Below, in pieces: positions 28,079 through 42,600 of a stretch of DNA of 64,000 nt (positions are counted from its first letter, which is position 1; each line of letters opens with the position of its first letter). Origin of the DNA: Paraspadella gotoi (taxonomy: Eukaryota > Animalia > Chaetognatha); the NCBI GenBank assembly GCA_051294375.1, contig CM119267.1, positions 4,433,070-4,497,069 of the forward strand. Direction: 5' to 3'. The notes beneath the pieces are model-generated. The model searched no databases, was not told where the DNA came from, and was given only the letters and a program-made list of their open reading frames with translations. The position numbers and the translations under genes are program-made.

Positions 28079-31000
28079 ATCCTTTTTATAAAAAAAATAG
28101 TCGTGACGCGCTGTGAGTGTTCAAAGTCCACGGTCCTCGCCCCAATTTTATTGCTTTCAACTTCAAATTCCGAAAAGAAAATAACCAGATGTTGTTTTAG
28201 CCGCGAAAAGGGAGGGAAGGGAGTGAGAGGGGATGCGCGGGAGAAGTGGGAGGAAGGGGAGCGGACGTGAATGGGAAGGGAGGGAGGGGAAGGTAGAAGA
28301 GGAATCAAGGAAAGCATAAAAGGTAGAACTCGGATAGTTAAGGGTGGAAAGAAGAAAGAGGGAGATGGCAAGCGAAAAGGGGATTAATTCTGCAGGAAAG
28401 AAAATTGGATTTAACTGACGATGGAATTCATGATAAAGGGAAATATGGAGGCTGGAGGCAACTTGGCCCAGGTAGTCACATTGACTATTAAGTGGACGAT
28501 ACGATGTGCGAAAATTCATGTTTTTAAAAATGAAAGAAAATGGGAAGAGTTTGGGGTAAAGTGGGTGTATGGGCGGGTGGGTAGGTGGGTGGGTTGTTTT
28601 ATCGGGAGGCGGTCAACTCTCCCTCGGTCGTGACCATCGAGGTTGAGGTCGGAATTGGGGTCAGCGTCGCCGTCTTGTCTGTGATTGGCTGTCGGCCAAT
28701 GTCTCTTCCATGCGCAAGACGATTTTGAGGGAGAAAAAAATCGCACTTAGAAAGAGAGGAGCGACAAAACGAAAGAAAAGAAAAAAGAAAAAGTGAAAAA
28801 AAGAAAGAAAAAAAGTCGAGAAAAGAAAAATAATTTTCTTCCAAATTAGCGGCGCTCTTTTTCTCCTCTTCTCCACCGGCGCCGCATTTTTCACCTTTTT
28901 TGGCGCCGGAAGAGACGTCGTTACTTTTCGGCGTCGGTGGTCATCTTGCCGGAAGTAACGAGACGGTGGGCGCGGCTGTCGGTCGGTGAGTCGGCCGGTG
29001 GCGGAGCCAATGACGCCGCTCAGGGTCCGACGGAGACGGCGTTGTTCTGACACCTTCCCGACGTCAGGAACGGCGTTTCGGCGTGGCGTCGAGTCACAAA
29101 GGTCGCTGTGGCTTGTTGGCGTGGGGGAGTGGGGGAGTGGGGCGTCGCGTAGGGACCCGGAGGAGGGTGTTTCGCTCACCGCTACCGAATTGCACAACAA
29201 CAACTTCGGAAGTCGCTGACTCGAACTCGTGGACGAACGAAAAACCAAATCCCGAGTGGGAAAGAAGAATTTTCGATCTTCAAAAGTGAATAATCGACGA
29301 GAAGTGGAATTGGTTGGTTTTTTTTCCGGGGGGCGGGGGTTTGAGGGGCGTTGTTTGTAGGGGGATTGGGGGGAGGATAAGGGCGTCATGGGAAGAGGAG
29401 GGGAAAGTACGAAAGAGTGTATATGAGTTTAAAAGAAAGAGAGAGAAAGGAAATTTTGAAAGAAGGAAAGAGAACTGGAAAGAAAAAGAGACAGAAAAGA
29501 AATGTTATGAAAATAAAAAATTAGAAAAGAAAACGATGAGGGAACGAATATCGCAGGTCGTGACCCAGGCGATATACTTGAAAAAAGTAAAAACTCTTAA
29601 ATCTCATTTGCATATAGTAGATATAGTCGTTTAAATTACACTAAACATTAAACCATTCCCCATGCTTGCGATAAATACTAAAAACGGGCAGAATGTAAGA
29701 CTGAAGTCAACTAAACAGATGAAAAAGGCGCCTCGGATATTAACTTTTAAGGGAGGGGGAAAAAGTATGAAGAACTTTGTCGCAAATAGAAAATATGTGA
29801 AGAGGTGTATAAAAACGAAAGTGAATGTTAATTTATCATATAATCTTTTTATTTCGTTTTCGGAGGTGTATAAAAAAGAAAGTAAATGTTAAATTATCAA
29901 ATATTCTGCTCATTTATTTTTTTAGCGTGATATCGCTTTGGAGTATTTGTTAGCGTCTCAATTCGTTTTTAGCGTCTCTTAGACTCTTCTTTTTTAATTA
30001 TCGTCTTTTGTGTTTATTAGTGTCTCTTTCTGTTGATTTACGTGCTTGTATATATGTGTGTGTATATATGTATATATAAATATATATATATTGATTGTAG
30101 TTTTTTATTTCTATTAATAGCATTGTGGTCCCTTTGCCCTTTACTTCAACGCATTATAATTATACATTTTTGGGTATATGTTATACACTAAGCATGAAAT
30201 ACTTATGACGTTTTATGAAAAATAAAACCTTGTCTGTTTACGCAAAAAAGGAATTTTCTTCTTTATAAATAAAAAAAATTCTTGCTTCAGAGTTCAGTAC
30301 TGTTTTTAGTATTAATAAACAAAATCTTGTCTATAGCTAATAACAAACTATTTATTGGATTTAGACTTGGACCTCTTTGGTTCAAACTGTGTGCTATATC
30401 TGGCATAATTCCATACTGTTGAGCCAGTAAAATTTAAATTAAAAAAAAAATTACTTTTTTCCAATAAAATATTATTTGCCTTTGGGTGATAACAATGAAA
30501 TCATTCATCGGTAATGTTACAAAATCATGCCACTTTTACATTTAACCTTAACCTTAACCATAACTTTTTTTATTTAACGCTTAATTAACCAATCAACATT
30601 GTTTATTAAACAATTTATTAAACAATCACCTATAGAAAATACTGTATACATGCCAAAAAAACCCCCATTAAAATCAGTTGAATATAGCCATTTTTCTCTT
30701 CTCATCGCCGCAACNNNNNNNNNNNNNNNNNNNNNNNNNNNNNNNNNNNNNNNNNNNNNNNNNNNNNNNNNNNNNNNNNNNNNNNNNNNNNNNNNNNNNN
30801 NNNNNNNNNNNNNNNNNNNNNNNNNNNNNNNNNNNNNNNNNNNNNNNNNNNNNNNNNNNNNNNNNNNNNNNNNNNNNNNNNNNNNNNNNNNNNNNNNNNN
30901 NNNNNNNNNNNNNNNNNNNNNNNNNNNNNNNNNNNNNNNNNNNNNNNNNNNNNNNNNNNNNNNNNNNNNNNNNNNNNNNNNNNNNNNNNNNNNNNNNNNN

Positions 31001-31379
31001 NNNNNNNNNNNNNNNNNNNNNNNNNNNNNNNNNNNNNNNNNNNNNNNNNNNNNNNNNNNNNNNNNNNNNNNNNNNNNNNNNNNNNNNNNNNNNNNNNNNN
31101 NNNNNNNNNNNNNNNNNNNNNNNNNNNNNNNNNNNNNNNNNNNNNNNNNNNNNNNNNNNNNNNNNNNNNNNNNNNNNNNNNNNNNNNNNNNNNNNNNNNN
31201 NNNNNNNNNNNNNNNNNNNNNNNNNNNNNNNNNNNNNNNNNNNNNNNNNNNNNNNNNNNNNNNNNNNNNNNNNNNNNNNNNCGGCCGCGCCTCTCGCCGC
31301 TGCTCGCTGCTCCTCCGGCGCCATATTTCCTTCGCGTCCGGCCAGCGTTTCGGTCACTTCCGGTCGCGTCACCGAAGCG

Positions 31380-31625
31380 TCGACTCGTCGACGTCGTCGT
31401 TTTCGTCATTTTCGTCGATTTCGTCGTCGGCGTCGAGTTGGAGAGACGACGAGGGAAGACGACGACGACGACGACGATGACGAACGATGAAGGCGACGAC
31501 TTACGACGACGACGACAACCACGATAATGATGACGAAGATGACGACCACAAACGCCGATGACGACCAACGACGATAACGTCACACCGAAGAAGACGACGA
31601 CGATGACAATGATAGTTATGACGAT
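31380..31625. repeat. degenerate (GTC)n then (GAC/GAT)n trinucleotide region; purer (GAC/GTC)n runs also at 1-33, 3709-3740, 4481-4525, 16935-16955, 22222-22286, 27709-27736
   Basis: Directly visible. Confidence 0.85.
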
Positions 31626-33009
31626 CAATATTGGTTGCGAGATGCGTCGTTAAAAACCGGACCTGATTCCTCTTTATGGTGCGATAAAGTTGTAAAGTTG
31701 TAAAGTTCAATTTTATTTAAATGAATTTATTTTAATCTTAACTTCACGTTTCACTGGATTCGAGAAGCGATCACGAAAAGCGACGATGCTTTTTAAACTG
31801 TGTATTGATTGTCGTTCACAATTGCTTGATCTTTGGCGATTTTCTGTGGATATCGTCACGAGCGGACGCATCGTGGACGAACGCCGCGGCGCAGCAGTGG
31901 CGGAGACTGAGGCATCGGTCACAGAGACGTCGGCTGCGGCGGCGGCTGCGGGGAGACGCTGACGAGCGACTCGAGGTCGAACGGACGAACTCGAAGGAAA
32001 TAAAGCGTCGAGAGACGAAACAAACCGGAAAAGTCGACCCGCGTCTTTCCGAACTAATTTTCTGGTTTACGGTCTTTCCCTATTAACAGGCCACACCTCC
32101 CTTGCCACTTACCTCTTTGCCCCTTACTTCCATGCTCCTCGGGAGAGGGAAGAAGGTGAGATATCCTCGATGAGTCGATTGGTCCGGGCTCCTGGGCGAG
32201 AATAGTTCATAACATAGAATTAAAGAAATAATAATTTAAAAATAAAAGTACTAGTCACATAAAAATTTTAATTGCTAACAAAGCTATTTTCAACTCATAC
32301 AGTAAGATTATTTTCGTTTGTAACATTTCGTGACAGCAAATCTATGCAACTATAAACTTTAGAGAGTTTAATGAAAGTTGGTTTGGCATTTTCAAATTGA
32401 AACTTCATTCATTCTATTTTCCACTTTTTTTCTGATTAAAATTTATTAAAAAAATGAGGTAATGACCATATAGCATTTGTTTTTTTCTAAAATGAAATAA
32501 GATTTACGCTATTTTGAATTTTTAGTCAAAATTTAAGTCTCTGGGCGAAGGGAATGTTACAAACGAGAAATAAATCATACTATAAAATTTTCATTTGTAC
32601 TTTCGTACATAAAAAATAAAATTTATAAAAGGACCCACCTACCTTTTCTCTTTTCATCTCTCGACGTCGCAAACCGTTGAAGAAGCGAGGCGCTGTCCTC
32701 TCCCAAAGACTCGCGCCGAAAGATTCGCGTCCCTTGACGCCCGGGTTACTTTTTTTTTTCTCTCTCCTTTTTTTTCCGGTCGCGCGCCCAAAGGACGAAG
32801 CGACATCCGGTGATTTAAGGCGAAAAATGATAAATCGCGGGATTTTTTTTTTTGTGGATACCGTTAACAGTCGAAAGAGGGCAAAAGGGGGGGGCAGGGG
32901 GGCGGAGTAAGGGGCAAGGGTGGAAGGGGGGGGCAGGGGCGGGAGGTTAAGGGGCAAGGGATAGAAAGGGGAGGCGAGTCGTTATCGTCCGGTAATTATC
33001 GTATATCGA

Positions 33010-33641
33010 GGAAAAGTCGTCTTCGGTTTTGTCGTCGTTTTCGTTGTTGTTGTTGTTGTTGTTATGGTTGGTTGTTGAAAAAGGAACCATAGCGTCTAAA
33101 AATATTAATCAGACAACTGGATATCTCCGATTGAGGACAATTAATGGAGAAAAATCATCCTGATTAGAGCCCAAATTGTTTTTAAAACTGAATGAGATAT
33201 TTTCGTATGAGGTTGGTAACAATTTTATACACACACAGGGTCTTAAAATAACGTTTAATTATAAGTGCTTTAGCTACGATAAATATATAATAACGGAACG
33301 GTCAATATAGTAAAAAATAAATTATTCCCTTTTGTTTCACTTTCGTTTTGATTTGTGTTCTGTTTTCTTATCCAAGATGGCGACTCGAAAACCTTAAAAA
33401 AAAAAAAAGGAGTCAAAGACGAAAAAGAAGTGCGAATACGTTTGTTTTTTCGTTGCGCCAGAAAGAGAAAGGGTCAAACTATTCTGGCGTCTGAATCGCG
33501 TTGCCTTGGAAACGGAAACCGCGAAAGAAAGAGAAAAGAGACCGAAAGAGAAAAGAAGAAATTCAGTGGAGGTGGAAGAAGTTTTTCCTGCAGTGAATAA
33601 TAGGATTTTCCCCGAGAAGTCTCGAGAAAACGAGGACTCTG

Positions 33642-33695
<54 letters not shown>

Positions 33696-36600
33696 CGTCC
33701 TCTTCTCTCTCTCTTCTCTCCTCAGACCAGTTCTTCACACATTCACTTTCTCGTGAAAAAATCAACGGCTACAATCGTTTCTAAGAGGAAAAAAAACAAA
33801 AAAGAATAAAATTTAAAGCTGAAGAAAGAAAGAAAGAAAAAACTTAAAGATAAAGGAAGGAGATGAAGAGATAAATGAAGAAAAAATTAGTCAACGAAAC
33901 TAATCTGTTTTTCCCCATTTTTTAAATTGCGAAATTGAGGAGGAGAGAGGCGAGGAGAATAGAGGGACACAAAGACAAAGGAAGGGGGAAGGTACAATCG
34001 CACACCATTTAGCCACATAGCGCACTCATACTCTCCTTGTGGCCAGTTGCAGGGGGCGCCTTGGAGGAAGGGATAACACGAGTAGGGTGGGAGGAAGAGA
34101 GAGGGCAGTATGGACGATGGTAGTATGGTAGGGGTCAAGTATCGTTAGGAGTTAAGAGAAAGAGAGGAGAGAGAGGACAGAGTAGATGCAGATAGAGAAT
34201 GAAAGCGAGGAGATTGAGGTGAGAAGGAGCACGTGAGTAGGGGGAGATTGGAGAGTAGTAAGAAGATGAAATTAATTCTTAAAAGCAAAACACATTTGGC
34301 CACAGTTAGAGGATACTTCATTTTGAATTTGGTGTGAAAAAATTAAAATTTCTTTTAATAAACATTAATACCTTTAATTTATTTTTTTTTTGTGCTCTTC
34401 TTGTGTGTGGAAGGTTGGGTGTGTAGGTTTGTGTTATCCATTTAGCAATCTTATAAACTACTTTTATGTTAAAATTTAGATTATCTTGTAGGGCTTGTTT
34501 GCTAATTGGTCAAAACAAGTTTGTTTGATTTAGAACTTACGAAGAGAATAATTTAAAACCACATCCATTTTCTAAAATTTAAAAAATACTGGCACACATT
34601 TATAATTTTTGGCAACTCATGGAGGGATTTTACACAAACAAAATCAAATACTATCACCTATTATATCTGGTAACTTGTTTTTTTCTAAGTTAAACATTTT
34701 AGTAGCATTTGTGCTTTGACTTCAAATCTTTCTATAAATAAGAGGATTGGATAGGATTTGGGGTAATATTATCGGGATTTCTGCGCAGCCACGAATAATT
34801 GAGAGAGGGGTTTCTCGAGAAGGGTATTCTTAATACCCTAAATTCCTTCATACTTAATATCACTGTAACAATATTATTACCCCTTTAAATATTTAATCGC
34901 TGTTCGTCGAGGCGATGCCTGTGGCTGCGATGGTAGCGTTTTGGCAACACTGGCGGCGGCTGCCGTGGCGGCGGCGGGCGGACGAACGACGCGCGGCAAA
35001 GTTCGCTCGCTCGTACACAAGCGATATTTCCCCGGTTCTCCATATAAGTCATCTTAGCGGTGTTCGACAGAATTTTTGGTATTTTCGTTGGTGTTTTCGC
35101 GTTTCCTTTTCCCGCATTATAAGGTCAGTCTCCTACCCCTTTGTTCTCCAACTTCCTACATGCGATGTCTCTGTCACCTTCCATCTCTTCCTATTACTTT
35201 CACTTATTTTTCTTTTTTCTTTTCCGATTTTTTTTCTTTTCATTTCCATTTCGTTTACAGTCTTGTTCGCTCTCTCTCATTTTCGTTGTTCTCTTCTCCT
35301 CCGGAAAACTTGGTGAGGTCACCCTAGTATTCCAGCTTCTTTCACCTTTTTTATCGCTTCTACTATCTTCTTCCTTCTGTCTTTTTCTCCGGGTCATTCA
35401 CACCCACCCTTTTCTTCTTATTCCCTCTTCCACCATTCCCTTTCTCCTCCCCTAATATTTACTTACCTTTTCTTTATCTTAACTCCTATTCATCTTTCCG
35501 TCATTTTTCTCATCTCCCTAGTCTTCCTCGTATACTCGTTTCGTGAATCTTCAAACACTTTGGTTCTCTCTTTCAATTCATCAATATTTATCCATTCAAA
35601 GAAAAATTTCACCCATCCCGTGGTCCAATCCAGGCATTCAGTGCTTGTCCAGTGGGACATCATCAACCTAAACGATAAGCTTTGTCCATAGACCTCCTTT
35701 CCGTCAATCCGACCGCCACAGTGACTTCACTCCAAGGTCTCTCCAAGACACCGAACGCTGCATCCTAGAATCTCCCTTGCATTTTTTTATTAAAACATTC
35801 CTCACCAGCGATTAAAAACGAAATTCCTTATTCGCCCTATCTTATTAGAACTCCCGGCTTGTCCGACTTTGCTTTTACCCCTGCCTAAGGATGTCTGCCA
35901 GTCCAAAGACAGACCAACCGCTTCCAATTTTGTCTAAAACTATGATGCAACTCTCCCACTCTCCCCTACACATCCTCTGTCTCCCACACGTTTTCCAATT
36001 AAGTCTCCAGCCTCCTCCCACCTTCCTCCTTCTAATGGTCCTCCCATCCCACTTCCTCACAACCCTCCGTTTCTTCTCCATATTCCTCCCTTCACTTCTC
36101 CCTTTATTTCTTTTCGCGTGTAGCAGCTTTAGACCCGGGTGCATGCCTGGCGACCCTTCCGGCGACCTTCGCCGTTCGATTCCGGAGACCCTCTTCCGGC
36201 AAAAACCCGGCCGCCGAGGAATTACGCCGCCCGACCTTTTCCAATTTAATAATCAGTGAAATATCGGGTTCGCGGCGCCGCCGGTTTTTTGTGTTTTTAG
36301 GCGGAAACGAAAATTCTTCCGCATGAGGGGCCTTCCCGCCCGTTCAATAATTTTATTTGGAAAGATTTTAGAAAATAAAATATAAATCTAATTTCTTCCT
36401 CTTAAAATCTGATTGCCGAACGTTTATTATTTCGACAACCATGTTAGTGTTTTAACAGCTCTTAATTAATTTCATTAATAAGGAATTTGAACTATTACAA
36501 TAAATACTGGAAGTATTAATATCATCTATCTGTCTCGGGATAATTACAGGACCAAAAATAAAGTTCTATTTAAACCCTGAACGGGACTACCCAAAGTTAC

Positions 36601-39600
36601 AATCGTGTTTCTTGCCTCTTCCGTCTTCCCGACCTCTTCTATCGCCACAAGGGAATTTGAAAAGGTCTTCGACTTCCTCGACTTCAATTTCTTCCATTGA
36701 CGGTTTCTCGGGCTCGCGACCTTCGCCAGCGTCCGACAGACACCTTTTTCAATTTCGGTTGTTACTCGAGGACGCCGGTCGCGAGCTGTCTAACACTAGG
36801 GCTTCTCGACCCGCGCCGCGGTCGATCTTGACACTTCCAGGCCACTGCACCCCCAGCACGCCGCCCGTGCCCTCCCTACCACTAACTCCCCCGCCGACCC
36901 GTGTACCGCCTCCAACAAACGGACATGGCACTGGACGGGTCGAACTCTGGCAGTCGGACGATGGGTGGGGGCCATCCCAAAAACAAACCCGATCAAAAAG
37001 ATGCCCAAAAGTCCGAAATCGCGTGTTTTGGTGTACCAAGCGTTCCAGATATTAAAAACGCGTTGCCTGTGTATATATTCGAAGCCGCGAACCTGTCCAC
37101 ACGCCTATATTAATCCACTCGTCATCTTCGTCCAAGAACTGCCTTTTAATAATCTCTTCTTGGTTTTTTTGTGTGTGGGTGCTTGGTTGGTTCTTGTTTT
37201 TATTTTTTTCTTTTCTTTATTTAAGAAGCACCATGATAAATTGAGGGGAGAGAGGAAGCAGAAAAGTATATATCTGATGGGATAAAATTTATGGATTTTA
37301 AAAAGAAAGGGCTAGAGGATTCGTTAGAATGGGAGCTATGTTATATCCGATTATCTGATTATTTCCGAATGGGAGATGCATATATAGCTTGGATAACTGA
37401 CGACGTTTAGGATTAAGACCCCCAGAGAGAGAGCATCGGTGTGCCAGTGTGTAGCACATTGCATACTCTACTCATATAGCCCTTTAATGTTCGGGACGTA
37501 ATGAGAATCTGCTTGTTCATTCACGTTTTCCAACATGAAAATACACGACATACCGTCTTTCCTTTCGCTCCTCTTCTTCCTCTTCCTTCTTTCTCAATTT
37601 CTCCTGTCACTTTCTCTTCCCACGTCACGACTCCTAGACAAGAAAACTTCTGTTTTTAACGAATTTATTCTCATGCGGTGAGATAGTTTTGATAACCTGT
37701 GTCAGAGAGATAACTTATTATGAGTCGGATCAATTATTCTCCCCTCTTGTGGTCATTCTATTTGGATTTCTGTTATTACGCAGCGCTCCTCTCCTAAAGC
37801 TCCAACCAACTGCATATCTTAAGTCCCCCCTCTTTCTCGCTGGGAGCTTACCGGGTGCGCGCAAGGGTGAAGCGTGGTTGGCGGCGTTATATACGTTGCC
37901 GAATTGAAAATAGTTCGGAGTAAAGCAAAGCGGAGTGCGAGGGATAAACACTTGTTAATTATAATCTATTATTCTTGTATGAAGATTGTTACCTTTCCTA
38001 TTCAGATTTCTTTGCTGACTTCGCCTTGCGGATTAGGACTTTGGATTATCTGAGAAATTTTTTTAATTAAAGTTTACTAGGAATATTTAAAATAATATTT
38101 AATTAGTCTTACTCTTTAAATATATATCTCACAAATTACTTAATCAAGATTTATCTTTAGAAATATTTTTAATCAATTCTAAGAAATCGGAAAGAGAACG
38201 GAAAGAAATTCTTCAATGTTTTGAGGATTCTCGTAGCTGTGGTGTTTCGGTCGCGGTGATTCTACGTCTACTCGCTTGCTCTACTGGGATATTCGTCCGG
38301 CGTGTCACCGATCTCTTTAGATCGGGTCTCGGAAATACGAGAGGAATGGGGAATAGATAGGGGGATGGGATTAGTCAGAGGAATTGGTACTTATGACGTC
38401 GTCAAATACTGGAATTACAGACGTCATGTCGGAAATATCTCGTCGAGGAAATTGGCATTTAGTCGGTAGAGTGGCTGCAATCTGTGTGGTAAGAAAGATA
38501 CAGGTATAGTGAAGATTAGAAATTGTTTGGCGTCGGTCTGTGCGCTCTGCAGTCATCGAGGTCTTCGTAAGTGTCCGGTTACAGTGTTTAGAGTTGTTTC
38601 GGATAGTTAGTGGTAGTTCATCTCGTGTGATAATGTCGAGGATTCCATTCAGTGAGTTGTAAGTGGGGATTGTGGATAGGCACGATTGTGTGTTTATATC
38701 TGTGTTGCGTTAGAAACATTTATGGTAAGGATATGTGCAATGATTTATATTTGAGAGGTAGTATTGTGTGGTGTGCCTACTTCACTTGATGTCGCAAATC
38801 GGAGTCTAGGACTTCAGGTCTGAGGTACGGAAGAGAGAGTTGAAGTGAAAGCTAGGAAACAATAGAAAAAAAGGAATATAACAAAGAAGAGAGGAATAAG
38901 AATTAAGAAGAGAAAGGAAAAATGAGGAAGTATGATTAAGGAAATGTCGGGCTGAAGATACCAGACTGAAAAGTGTTCGCAGAGTAAATTTGCATTTGGA
39001 CGTGATTAGGATAATTTTAGTTTGACACGTAATGGTGGATACTTGATGGCAGAGGTGAATTGGGAATAGGGAGAGGCACACTCTTATTTACAAATTGCGA
39101 ATAATACAATTATTGAGCTATAAGAACTTAACCGTCAATTGGAAAAGGAGAGGAACTAGAGATTAAGAGCCCACGCCAATTTGGGCAACTTACCTGGATT
39201 GATGAGGCCTTAGGAGCGTTAGATATTATTTTTTTATATAGAGTATATTAATTTCGGGGAATGATTATTACCACACTAATGTTCGACGGGCGTCGGAGGA
39301 ATAGCCTGTTGTTTTCTGGAGGATGTGTACTCGGTTAACGATATCTCTCAACGTTTTGCACGGATGGAATAAGGGAGGGAGGTGGATTGGATACTTTAAA
39401 GAGATGTGTGAATGGGATTAGGAGTATACGAAAAGATGCATGACGTGAAAAACTCTAGGTCGACCTTCTTTAATGAAATTGTAATATTCAGAAGTTTAGA
39501 TGATGAATTAAAACAAAGGACGATTGGATGAGTGAGAAGATATGGTAAATATGAGATGCGAAAAGTTTTCGTGGAGAGGAGAGGTGACAAAGTTTTTAAC

Positions 39601-42600
39601 AGTATTAGTGAGATAGAGTCGTGTGTAGAAGTGAATTAAGTTACCCAAATTCTTCATTTAATCTGTAAAAGATTCAGTTGTTTAGAGTAGAATTGTTATT
39701 AAAATAAGATTTATAAGAGCCACGGATATAGATGTTCCACGAAGTGCTATACGAGGGAGAGTGTTCTGTAGATCACCTGTGGAGTGATGCGCCGACCACG
39801 AATTAGGAGTTGAGCGGAAATTATGAGTGAAGGTAGATCAGGGTAAAATTAGTGAGAGACGTGAACAGAACACACAGAGGGAATTGTCATAATTTAGAGG
39901 AGTAGTGAATGGCATATTAGATACAGCTAAGTTTAGATTTCACGGCACTTTGTGTGTGGACGAAACATGAGTAGAGAGAGAATTTGCGAATTATGAGATG
40001 ATTATTATGAAAGATTCAGTGAGGGTGTCGGAGGCAGCTTTAGCTGCTTTATGTGGAATAATAGTTGTGTGTATTTAAAAAATGTTGGGAATAACAGGAT
40101 CTTGTTGTGTTTTGTTTAATTTTGAGTTTAATTTAGTTTGTACTCATTATGTATATTTATGCGTCACATATGGGGCGAAGAGAAGAGAGAAAAGCGAGAA
40201 AAATATGATGAGGGAGTAAAAAAAACTTGTAGGAGTAAATTAAACGGGGTTGTTAGTCAGGATGGGGACGTAAAATTATTCAGACTAATTTGTTATTATT
40301 TTATTTAATATGAGAGTATGAGAGACGATGATTCTTCGGGGTCGAGGTGTCATCTCATCAGAAAACAAAAGTGCCCAAGAGGAATGAAGAAACGCATTCC
40401 CGCGAACGCGAGGTGATGAGGAGAGGGAGGAGTAGTTTGGGCTGTTGAAGTGGAGGAGGTGCAATGTTGCCATGAGAGGGATTGATGAGAATGATGAGAG
40501 AGTATGTTGGTGGGAGTTGAGTTATTTCGGTAGGGAGAGATGAGACAATGGAGAGAAGAGAGAGAAGCGAGGGGTAGAGACAAAATCACATCCCTGTATT
40601 TCAGGTAAAATTTATTTGTACCAACGTAATTCGATAAACAAGGAACGGGTAAATTATCATACCTTATTTGAATTCGATCATATCAGTAGAGTGTCTAAAG
40701 AGAAGTTCGTAACAGAATCGAATGAGAACACATAATACTTGCTATCACATCACGAGAAGAGAAGTAGGTGCATCTTCGTAACATAGTAGGACTAGTCAAT
40801 GAAAACGATTCCCGGCTTGCGGGGCCAAGAGACCGTTATAATTCGTGCGTTAAACTACTTTACGACGTTATGGTCTTTGTAAGATATACGGTTGTAGGTA
40901 CAGTTTGAAGTGCTGGTGTTAATGAAAGGTTATGAACTATAGACGAAAGGTAGTCGAGGGTTGTCTCATGGCATGTAGAACCGGCGCTTTCGAAGATATC
41001 TTACCTATTCTAATACTTGGAGTCTACTCGAGGACATGAACAGGTTTTAGTGATTACCAAAAAACCATACATTCGTTCTAAACCATAAGGTACAGCCCCA
41101 CTGATGGGTAGTGTTAAGAACCAAATGCGGGGAATCAGTCTGTATAGCACTCTCTGAAACACGAATCGAAATTCAATTTTTATTGGGATTCGGCCGGGAC
41201 TTCTGGATTGGTTATAAAATCTTAAGACACACCCTCCACGCGGCGCGCGCGCGCGCCACTCGTCTAGAGGAATAAATCTCTCTAAAATTCACTCTCCGAA
41301 ACCACTTCCTATATACCCCTCTCCAACGCGGCGCGAATATCCCAGAAAAACGACGGTCCTCATCTTGCAAACCGGTACCACAAGGCGATTTCTTTTCTTC
41401 GGATCAAGTTTCATCTAGATTTACAAATCAATGTTGCTTTTCGTTATTTGTTTTTTAATTTTTTCAGAAAATTACTAGGATTAATCGATAGCTTTCGCAA
41501 TTTCATCCTAGAATGCCCCACCTTTACCTGCCACGTGGGCATTCCTTCAGTTGTTTTTCAATTAAAAATTAACGCACAAAATAATAGAACTCATGAATAA
41601 TGCCACGTTAATACTCTCAATAAAACACTCCTTTTTTTTTTTTGCTCTCGACGACGGACAGATGAGTAAACCGCAATTTACTACCACTCCATGCTCGTAG
41701 GTTCACCGCTCCACCCAAGACGGAAACTGTCGGTCGTCGTCTCGTCGTCCCCGTTCAAAAACGAGCCCGCGCCCCATCTTGGTTTTCACGCTTCATTGAT
41801 GACAGCGCCCTCACATCATGGTACTGGACTCGTTTTGAGGGCGCTGGGAGCGGTTTTTCGGGGTCGGTCGTCGGTCGTAGTCCATACTGACTCATGTTAT
41901 TCAAATATTACAATATAATTGCATTTACTCACCCTGGGCCTTGAGGGACAGACGGACTGTGGCTTATATTTCTTCTCCTGTTGTCTAGGAGATTCAATCT
42001 TTTGAGACACAGCGTTTAGAAACAGGGCTTTTAAGAAACAGGGATATTCATCAGGACACAATCTGGAGCAAAAAATTTCGGGAAAGGTCACCGAAATATT
42101 CATCCACAATAATCTTATGGGAGAATAATTTAAAACTTGAAGGTTATTTCATGGAGATACAGGGGTTTTCTGGTTATCTGGCTGGGATTTGAATGTGGCT
42201 GTCTGGGCAGGGATTATACCATCATTATCTCAAGATGCTTTAAATCTCGTCATAATTTATCGGTCGCGGTTGGACTAATGAGTATTTTAGTTATCCTAAA
42301 AAATATCTTGTTGAAAATCAAATAAACGGGACTCGCGGAGAGAAATGGGAAAAGTATAGCATAATATAAAAAACAAATGATCTTCGACAAGAGTTGGTTG
42401 CACCATTTAATTAATACGTTGGGATTTATAAATAATTCGGGGTTAAAAGAGACACAACAAAATTTAAGCTTGTGTACTATAAGTTAACAAAGCGACCGCA
42501 CATGAAAATTGCATATTAAATTAAGCAGAAGAAAAAATAAGAAAAAAATACCATAATTGAGCAAAAAAGATAGAAGAATATATTGGATATACGTATTGAA

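Noticed and set aside
28661-29389. 242-aa minus-strand ORF (and the 247-aa ORF at 16454-17197)
   Set aside because: Arg/Ser/Pro-rich low-complexity frames that run through poly-A/T and microsatellite tracts. No domain or clear splice structure is seen, and the 16454 ORF is not preserved in the mirrored copy.
32971-32990. gaggcgagt just before copy 1 matches the end of the unit (44764), suggesting a circular or head-to-tail junction
   Set aside because: Only 9 nt match, and the compact third copy reads differently there (cgaggggttgaatcg) and continues into unique sequence. Probably chance.
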